This document shows positions 1-4,331 of a stretch of DNA of 7,182 bases, in pieces (position 1 is the stretch's first letter; each line of letters begins with the position of its first letter). The DNA is from an uncultured Gammaproteobacteria bacterium. GTDB lineage: Bacteria > Patescibacteriota > Patescibacteriia > UBA2591 > UBA6264. A model generated the notes under the pieces. It had not been told where the DNA came from. It was given only the letters and a program-made list of their open reading frames with translations, and did no database searches. The translations under genes were made by a program, and so were the position numbers. The stretch spans positions 1 to 7,182 of the forward strand of contig CAZDOL010000020.1 of NCBI GenBank assembly GCA_964507075.1, written 5' to 3'.

Positions 1-118
1 TATAGTTATTTCGTTAGATATTTTAAATTCATTAAGAATCTAATACTGCTTAGTAAACGTAGGAATAGAGTCGGATTTCTATCTATTACTACAGGTTAAT
101 TATTTATAATTTCAAATT

Positions 119-316
119 ATGCAAGGAACTATCAAAAAGTTGACTGATAAAAACTTCGGTTTTATCACCCAAGAAGGTAGCGAAAAAGATTTATTCTTCC
201 ACGCTAGCGAATTAGCTGAAGGTGATTTCAGTGACTTAAGAGAAGGTGACGCAGTGACTTTTGAGGTAAATGATACCCCAAAAGGACCAGCGGCAACACA
301 AGTAAAAAAAGCTTAA
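119..316 (+). CDS. csp: Cold-shock domain protein (CspA family), 65 aa
   Basis: Complete ATG-to-TAA ORF. RNP1-like KNFGFI and RNP2-like DLFFHA motifs. Size and layout are typical of single-domain bacterial CSPs. A hairpin terminator follows immediately. Confidence 0.93.
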   Translation: MQGTIKKLTDKNFGFITQEGSEKDLFFHASELAEGDFSDLREGDAVTFEVNDTPKGPAATQVKKA

Positions 317-341
317 TACACTTTCTATAAAACAAAAATCA

Positions 342-367
342 AAAAACCACTTTCATTAGTGGTTTTT
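342..367. terminator. Bidirectional rho-independent terminator (csp on +, small Gly/Arg ORF on -)
   Basis: AAAAACCACT (342-351) pairs perfectly with AGTGGTTTTT (358-367) around a 6-nt TTCATT loop. The A-tract before and T-tract after the hairpin allow it to work in both directions. The GC core is only 4 bp (CCAC/GTGG), which is usual for an AT-rich genome. Confidence 0.6.
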
Positions 368-429
368 TGTTATAAAAAATTAGGTCTTTTTAGACAAATA
401 CAATATTTTCATATTTCACTTCTTTTTTG

Positions 430-558
430 CTATCTGCCTCCTCCGCCTTCACCTCCACCCCTACCATCTCTAGGGCCTCCACCAAGTCCCCCTCCTTCTT
501 TTCTTTCTTCGCTCCTTATTGTTTCTTTGGGTAAAGAAATATTAACAACATTACGCAT
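430..558 (-). CDS. Hypothetical 42-aa Gly/Arg-rich (RGG-like) small protein; not in the supplied ORF track
   Basis: Hand translation of the minus strand: ATG at 558, TAG at 432-430, giving MRNVVNISLPKETIRSEERKEGGGLGGGPRDGRGGGEGGGGR. It ends 60-odd nt before the bidirectional hairpin. There is no SD, but most genes here lack one. The opposite strand is also open (a Pro-rich ORF), so coding status is uncertain. Confidence 0.3.
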   Translation of the reverse strand: MRNVVNISLPKETIRSEERKEGGGLGGGPRDGRGGGEGGGGR

Positions 559-675
559 ATAAATATATATTAATTAATTATAATAATTTATATTACAATA
601 TTAACACATCCAGCAATATAGTAAATTATTAAAATACGAATAACCTATTTAATCAGTGGTTTTTTGTTATCTATA

Positions 676-915
676 TTATTGTCTGTAAGTATTCTCGCTT
701 CTTCGTTCTATGGTTAAAATATTAATCCCGTCGTCTTGCTTACAATAGATTATTCGTATCTTTCCTTTTCTAACTCTAAAAATATTATTTTTCTTTTTTA
801 ATTTTTTAGTATCTAAATCTTTCAAATCATTCTTTTTAATCTTCGTCAAAACACTCCTTATCACATCTCTTTCTTTTTGACTAAATTTATTTAAAACTTT
901 TTTAATTTTATCCAT
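676..915 (-). CDS. Type II toxin, RelE/ParE (RelE/StbE-like) family, 79 aa
   Basis: The C-terminal pattern KKLKKKNNIFRVRKGKIRIIYCKQDDGINILTIERRSENTY matches the family signature (L.g....yR.RvGdYRiiY....i.i..i.hR...Y). It sits 4 nt downstream of a Phd/YefM-like antitoxin gene in the usual antitoxin-then-toxin order. Confidence 0.8.
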   Translation of the reverse strand: MDKIKKVLNKFSQKERDVIRSVLTKIKKNDLKDLDTKKLKKKNNIFRVRKGKIRIIYCKQDDGINILTIERRSENTYRQ

Positions 916-919
916 AATC

Positions 920-1135
920 CTAAAGCCTTAGAAGAACATCATCAATATTAACTCCACCCCTCTTAATCTTAGTAAAATCAATCACTGACTCCCATGTTTC
1001 CTCTTGGTCAACAGGAGTTATTTTAAACAAAGGTTTAGAGCGTTTGACTACAAGAAAAGATTCTCCTCCTTTCACTTTCTCAGCATACTGAGACATATTT
1101 TGCCTTAAGGCTTTAAGTCCAATAATATTTTCCAT
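920..1135 (-). CDS. Type II antitoxin, Phd/YefM-like, 71 aa
   Basis: The N-terminus IGLKALRQNMSQYAEKVKGGESFLVVKRSKPLFKITPV fits the Phd/YefM fold pattern (query-for-assistance strand, then g.e.v.v.r.g.p.a.i.p). It lies immediately upstream of the toxin gene and downstream of a strong promoter. Confidence 0.72.
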   Translation of the reverse strand: MENIIGLKALRQNMSQYAEKVKGGESFLVVKRSKPLFKITPVDQEETWESVIDFTKIKRGGVNIDDVLLRL

Positions 1136-1169
1136 GCTTATAAAATTAAATTATTTTATCTATACACAA

Positions 1170-1198
1170 AGTATAACTTAAGTTCACCCTTAGGTCAA
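1170..1198 (-). promoter_or_regulatory. Sigma70-type promoter of the antitoxin-toxin operon with a candidate operator palindrome
   Basis: Read on the minus strand: TTGACC (1198-1193), a 17-nt spacer, then TATACT (1175-1170), about 35 nt upstream of the antitoxin ATG. The spacer contains the perfect 10-bp palindrome AACTTAAGTT (1175-1184). Confidence 0.55.
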
Positions 1199-1277
1199 CA
1201 TTAATCTGGGGATAACCCAAACCTTTTTAAAACCATTAATTAAAATACTAATGTGACATTTGTTAATTTTTTCATAT

Positions 1278-1502
1278 CTATTCCATAAACTTAAAACGAG
1301 GAATTTCCTCCCCGTTCTTAATAACATTTTCCACAAACATTTTCTTGGGCCTCACCCACATAGTATTAGCCCCCTTCCCTTTTATGGGGTCCGGATGAAT
1401 ATATACTATCATTTCTTCCATGGTTTCACTATCGAAAGCAACACCAATCACCTCCACAATCATTCCTTTAAAATGTCTGTATTTTCCCAATTTCATATCC
1501 AT
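1278..1502 (-). CDS. DUF1653 domain protein, 74 aa
   Basis: YRHFKG...EVIGVAFDSETMEEMIVY...MWVRPKKMF...PRF matches the DUF1653 signature (YrHYKG..Y.v...a.hSEt.e..VvY......lWvRP..MF). The + ORF at 1260-1523 is its antisense shadow. Confidence 0.85.
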   Translation of the reverse strand: MDMKLGKYRHFKGMIVEVIGVAFDSETMEEMIVYIHPDPIKGKGANTMWVRPKKMFVENVIKNGEEIPRFKFME

Positions 1503-1519
1503 GACGAAATTAAGCTCTA

Positions 1520-1672
1520 TTAATCCTTTCTATTAAACAAACCAATGATAATCATCACTAATCCTCCTCCCATCCAGATAATTAACTCAACTCCAGTATG
1601 AAGTAATATTCCAATTAAAAACCAAATAATCCCCAAACCTATATGAATTTGATAAGGAAATTTTCTTTTCAT
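1520..1672 (-). CDS. Hypothetical 50-aa membrane peptide with two predicted TM helices; not in the supplied ORF track
   Basis: Hand translation: MKRKFPYQIHIGLGIIWFLIGILLHTGVELIIWMGGGLVMIIIGLFNRKD. A positively charged N-terminus is followed by two hydrophobic stretches. It fills the gap between two same-strand genes almost exactly, starting 10 nt after the upstream stop and ending 17 nt before the DUF1653 start. Confidence 0.45.
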   Translation of the reverse strand: MKRKFPYQIHIGLGIIWFLIGILLHTGVELIIWMGGGLVMIIIGLFNRKD

Positions 1673-1682
1673 ATTCGTTTTT

Positions 1683-2120
1683 TTATTTCTTAATTTCTTG
1701 TTTAATTGCTTGTTCTAATCTTTGGGGTTCATCCGTACCTATCCTGTATGTTTTGCCATTTCGCATTTTTATCTCAACTGCATCAAAGCCAGAAACATTA
1801 TAAATCCACATAGGTGGTATTAAGCGACGTCTTATTCCCCATCCATAATACCAATGATTTTTTACTGCTTCTGCTGAAATTATTTCCTTAAGGGCAAAAC
1901 GTTTTCTAAATATGCCATATCCAAACTTAATTTTCACATGATTCTCATCAATTATTACTTGAAGTGATATAAAAGAAGACAGAACGAAAAGAATAAAAAA
2001 CATTGTTATAAAAAAAATAGAATCTGAATCAACTTTAGTTGAAAGGAAACAAAAATATAGAATAAAACCAAATAAAATAAATATCATTAACCGACCAGTT
2101 TGAGTATGTTGGTAAGTCAT
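1683..2120 (-). CDS. Membrane protein with two N-terminal TM helices and a C-terminal bacterial PH-like (bPH) domain, ~145 aa
   Basis: The ORF is open to 2174. The ATG at 2120 (MTYQHTQTGRLMIFILF...) avoids a 38-nt overlap with rubrerythrin and removes a low-complexity extension. Two hydrophobic helices are followed by a soluble beta-rich domain (KIKFGYGIFRKRFALKEI...WYYGWGIRR...VEIKMRNGKTYRIGTDEPQRLEQAI), reminiscent of membrane-tethered bPH domains. The family call comes from pattern memory only. Confidence 0.55.
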   Translation of the reverse strand: MTYQHTQTGRLMIFILFGFILYFCFLSTKVDSDSIFFITMFFILFVLSSFISLQVIIDENHVKIKFGYGIFRKRFALKEIISAEAVKNHWYYGWGIRRRLIPPMWIYNVSGFDAVEIKMRNGKTYRIGTDEPQRLEQAIKQEIKK

Positions 2121-2136
2121 ATCAACACTTGTGTTA

Positions 2137-2709
2137 TTATTTTTTAACTTCAAAATAAGCTTGAGGATGGCCACAAGAAGGACACTTGTCTATGGCCTCT
2201 TTTCCTTTATGCGTATATCCACATTTTCGACAAACCCAAACCACCTCTTCTTCTTTTTTGAACACTGCATTGTTTTCTAAAAATTCTAAAAAACCCTTGT
2301 ATCTATCTTCGTGATTAGCTTCGGCTTTAGCAATAGACCTTAATCTATTGGCAATGTCCAATAAATCTTCGCTCTCGGCTACATCAGCAAAATCTGGATA
2401 CATAATTGTATGTTCATAATTTTCCCCCTCAATTGCTGCTTTTAAATTTTTTTTTGTATCTTTTAAAATTGTTGGAGCGCCCACCTCAACCACGATTTCA
2501 TTATATTCTGCATTATCCCCCTTTAATTGATTAATCATTCTCATTAACCACTTAGCATGCTCTGTCTCTTGGTCAGCTGTTAATGTAAAATTAGCTGATA
2601 TTTCTTCATAACCCTCTTTCTTGGCAATTTTAGCATACATAGTATAACGATTTCTGGCTTGGCTTTCGCCAATAAATGCTTTTGTTAAATTTTTTATTGT
2701 TTTTTCCAT
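2137..2709 (-). CDS. rbr: Rubrerythrin, 190 aa (ferritin-like diiron domain plus C-terminal rubredoxin-like CxxC...CxxC)
   Basis: The N-terminus has GESQARNRY and ExxH (QETEHAKW, EGENYEH, AEANHEDRY) diiron ligand motifs. The C-terminus WVCRKCGY...CPSCGHP is the rubredoxin-type FeS4 site. Confidence 0.95.
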   Translation of the reverse strand: MEKTIKNLTKAFIGESQARNRYTMYAKIAKKEGYEEISANFTLTADQETEHAKWLMRMINQLKGDNAEYNEIVVEVGAPTILKDTKKNLKAAIEGENYEHTIMYPDFADVAESEDLLDIANRLRSIAKAEANHEDRYKGFLEFLENNAVFKKEEEVVWVCRKCGYTHKGKEAIDKCPSCGHPQAYFEVKK

Positions 2710-2993
2710 AATTAAATTACCTTAATTTATAATACAATGTTTTATTTAATTACAAGGTTCCTGAGCGGAGCGAAGGGTTCTTCTAATTAAATTACATTAT
2801 TATTTATAAAATAGAACTTAATTTCAACGTTCTCGACGAGCAAAGCGAGGAGAGGTTGTTATAATTAAATTACCTTAATTTATAATACAATGTTTTATTT
2901 AATTTCAAGGTTCCTGAGCGAAGCGAAGGGTTTTTCTAATTAAATTACTTTATTATTTATAAAATAATATTTAATTTATTTCAATTTTTTAAT
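2708..2993. repeat. Intergenic tandem array: four units (75/78/75 bp spacing) nested in a 153-bp higher-order duplication
   Basis: The exact 12-mer TAATTAAATTAC occurs at 2709, 2784, 2862 and 2937. Segment 2708-2813 matches 2861-2966 at 102/106 positions, with mismatches at 2752/2905, 2768/2921, 2780/2933 and 2796/2949. Three units carry a GC-rich core with conserved GAGC-NNN-GCGA-RG (2763-2776, 2838-2851, 2916-2929). The fourth unit decays into the 3' end of the upstream gene. Confidence 0.9.
2726..2755 (-). promoter_or_regulatory. Proximal candidate promoter of rbr (module 1 of the tandem array)
   Basis: Minus strand: TTGTAA (2755-2750), an 18-nt spacer, then TATAAA (2731-2726). Next come TTAAGG (a weak SD) and the palindrome TAATTTAATTA, which overlaps the A of the ATG at 2709. 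In AT-rich context -10-like hexamers arise easily by chance. Confidence 0.4.
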
Positions 2994-3323
2994 TTAAACT
3001 AAAACGCAGATTAATAAAATAATTACAACAGCCAAAAATAACCAACCAATGGTGTAGAATAATAATTTAATAGAATCTTTCTTTTGATTGTCCAAATAGA
3101 GATATATTGCTCTTCCCAACACCAGAAGACCAACAATTATCGCGGAAAGAACAAATAAAAGAAGAAGGGCAAAAGGCCCCCAGAAATCTTTCATTTTGCC
3201 AAAAATATTCTCTCCAAAAAACAAAAGCTGAGAAACAGCAAAAACATATACCAATGTTCCCATGGAATTAATTAAACTCCATGATAATAATTTTGCTTTG
3301 TTTTTGGTTTCTTTATTATCCAT
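2994..3323 (-). CDS. Hypothetical small membrane protein, 109 aa, three predicted TM helices
   Basis: Complete ORF with three long hydrophobic segments (GTLVYVFAVSQLLFF, FALLLLFVLSAIIVGLLVL, IGWLFLAVVIILLICVLV). I recognise no family. TATAAT (3338-3333, minus) lies 9 nt upstream of the ATG. Confidence 0.7.
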   Translation of the reverse strand: MDNKETKNKAKLLSWSLINSMGTLVYVFAVSQLLFFGENIFGKMKDFWGPFALLLLFVLSAIIVGLLVLGRAIYLYLDNQKKDSIKLLFYTIGWLFLAVVIILLICVLV

Positions 3324-3498
3324 ATTTTAATTATTATACACAAGTTAAGGTAATGTATAATTATTATAGCAGAATTTTTAAAACAAGGAAGCTTCCCGTG
3401 AGAACTGATGTAAAAACTTAATTTTTTAAAAAAAAATAATTGTTTATCTAAGCTAAACATCTAATTTCTTTGAATAAGAATCTCATCAAAAAGGTCAT

Positions 3499-3520
3499 CC
3501 AGCACAAGGTTCTGTGCGGG
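3499..3520 (-). terminator. Weak candidate terminator downstream of the repeat-protein gene
   Basis: GCACA (3502-3506) pairs with TGTGC (3513-3517) around a 6-nt loop, with partial CC/GG extension. It lies 28 nt after the stop at 3548. The T-run on the minus strand is separated by 6 nt (ATGACCTTTTT), so the signal is marginal. Confidence 0.3.
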
Positions 3521-3547
3521 ATACTTTTTATAATTACTCTTATATCT

Positions 3548-4249
3548 CTATTGTGTTAACGGTGAAAATGCTGCAAAATACCGAGTTTTGCATTCATTTT
3601 TCTGAATCACGGCAATCGCTAAAGTGCTGCTTGCCATGGTGCCTGCCTCTTGATACAAAACCAAACCTGCTAAAATTCCCGCTTCGGTCCTTCCTTTTTG
3701 AAATACGGAAAAACCTATAGCCAAAAACACACTCTGCTTAGCTTTCTGACAAAGAGATACACCTGCAAACATATTTGCATCCTTCGAGGCCTTCTGAAAT
3801 CCAGAAAAACCTATAAATGTAGTGGCTGAACCTTCGCTAGCTTCTTGATGGCCGGAGAAACCGACCCAAACAGTAGCTCCAGATTTTGATTTTTGGCAAA
3901 AAGAGGCACCAGCAAGCATATTTGTTTTGTCCGCCATTTGATAAACAGAGAAACCAAACAATGTGGTAGCACTCTTTCCTGCTCGTTGATATCCGCTTCC
4001 AACCAGAGCAAAGGCCTTGTCTTCTGCGTCTTGATGGACGGAGAAGACGGAAATCACATTTTTGGCTTGGGCGCTACCTAAAACCGTTATAACTGTACCA
4101 TTAATATTCAATGGCATGCAAAGTAGAGCCACTATCGCCAAGCCCTTGATGTAATAAGCTAATGATTGGAATTTTTCTGGTGTTATCACGAAAAACCAAA
4201 TCAGGAAAAACAACGTGACATTAGCAAAAAAAATCGTTAGGTTGTTCAT
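3548..4249 (-). CDS. Membrane-anchored tandem-repeat protein, 233 aa, about 11 degenerate 15-17-aa [hydrophobic-G-F/A-S-x-aromatic]-Q-x-A repeats
   Basis: The ORF is open to 4312, but that extension (MIIFYQLLFKIKKRKKRKEIE) covers the promoter and 5' UTR. The ATG at 4249 is preceded by AAAGGAG with 6-nt spacing. The N-terminus is hydrophobic (LTIFFANVTLFFLIWFFVI; GLAIVALLCMPL). Periodic repeats with an invariant Gln follow. ORFs 3514-3720(+), 3811-4011(-) and 3893-4081(+) are frame shadows. Confidence 0.8.
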   Translation of the reverse strand: MNNLTIFFANVTLFFLIWFFVITPEKFQSLAYYIKGLAIVALLCMPLNINGTVITVLGSAQAKNVISVFSVHQDAEDKAFALVGSGYQRAGKSATTLFGFSVYQMADKTNMLAGASFCQKSKSGATVWVGFSGHQEASEGSATTFIGFSGFQKASKDANMFAGVSLCQKAKQSVFLAIGFSVFQKGRTEAGILAGLVLYQEAGTMASSTLAIAVIQKNECKTRYFAAFSPLTQ

Positions 4250-4302
4250 TTCAATCTCCTTTCTTTTTTTTCTTTTTTTTATTTTAAAGAGTAATTGATA
4301 AA

Positions 4303-4331
4303 ATATTATCACATTTTTGCCTTTTTGTCAA
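4303..4331 (-). promoter_or_regulatory. Strong sigma70-type promoter (with extended -10) for the repeat-protein gene
   Basis: Minus strand: perfect TTGACA (4331-4326), a 17-nt spacer ending in TGA (TGn, 4311-4309), then TAATAT (4308-4303). The implied TSS near 4296 gives a ~47-nt A-rich leader ending in AGGAG. Confidence 0.65.

Noticed and set aside
359-562. Plus-strand 67-aa ORF with a striking Pro-rich run (LPPPPSPPPLPSLGPPPSPPPS)
   Set aside because: It uses a GTG that lies inside the csp terminator hairpin and has no promoter of its own. Its N- and C-terminal parts are low-complexity Phe/Leu shadow sequence. The complementary strand has a clean ATG-to-TAG ORF ending just before a terminator. 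It is kept only as the alternative reading of the polypyrimidine patch.
1260-1523. Plus-strand 87-aa ORF
   Set aside because: It is the antisense shadow of the confidently recognised DUF1653 gene (1278-1502, minus). It has a TTG start and no recognisable features.
2121-2174. N-terminal extension of the bPH-like membrane protein ORF (MAILKLILKLKNNNTSVD)
   Set aside because: It would overlap the rubrerythrin 3' end by 38 nt in another frame and is low-complexity. The internal ATG at 2120 gives a sensible 16-nt intergenic gap.
2709-2812. PerR/Fur-type box upstream of rubrerythrin
   Set aside because: Rubrerythrin is often PerR-regulated, and the region is full of ATAAT/TTATAA strings. However, I could not find a 7-1-7 inverted repeat matching TTATAATNATTATAA. 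The real palindrome present is TAATT-N-AATTA, which is a different half-site.
2708-2966. Diversity-generating retroelement (TR/VR) interpretation of the two 106-nt near-identical copies
   Set aside because: The repeats are non-coding. There are only four mismatches and they are not restricted to adenine positions of one copy on either strand. No reverse transcriptase is present in the window.
2708-2993. CRISPR array or degenerate tRNA tandem (units are 75-78 nt)
   Set aside because: The exact repeat is only 12 nt and the sequences between copies are themselves homologous between units, so they are not unique spacers. No cas genes are present. No cloverleaf, T-arm or anticodon-arm pairing can be drawn in any unit, and the GGTTC motif lacks flanking stem complementarity.
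3387-3396. Perfect 10-bp palindrome GGAAGCTTCC as a GC island upstream of the 3-TM membrane gene
   Set aside because: It is a single short palindrome with no second copy and no clear relation to promoter elements. It cannot be distinguished from chance here.
3272-3460. Minus-strand 62-aa ORF
   Set aside because: It overlaps the start of the 3-TM membrane gene in another frame and runs through its promoter region. It is Ile/Lys/Phe low-complexity sequence typical of AT-rich non-coding DNA.
3514-4081. ORFs 3514-3720(+), 3811-4011(-) and 3893-4081(+)
   Set aside because: All lie within, or antisense to, the repeat-protein CDS. That CDS has a promoter, an SD and internally periodic protein sequence, whereas these ORFs have no features and use alternative frames or starts.
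4250-4312. Upstream extension of the repeat-protein ORF (MIIFYQLLFKIKKRKKRKEIE)
   Set aside because: The extension is a translation of the promoter -10 region and the A8-G-A8 leader. The SD-preceded ATG at 4249 lies downstream of the predicted TSS.
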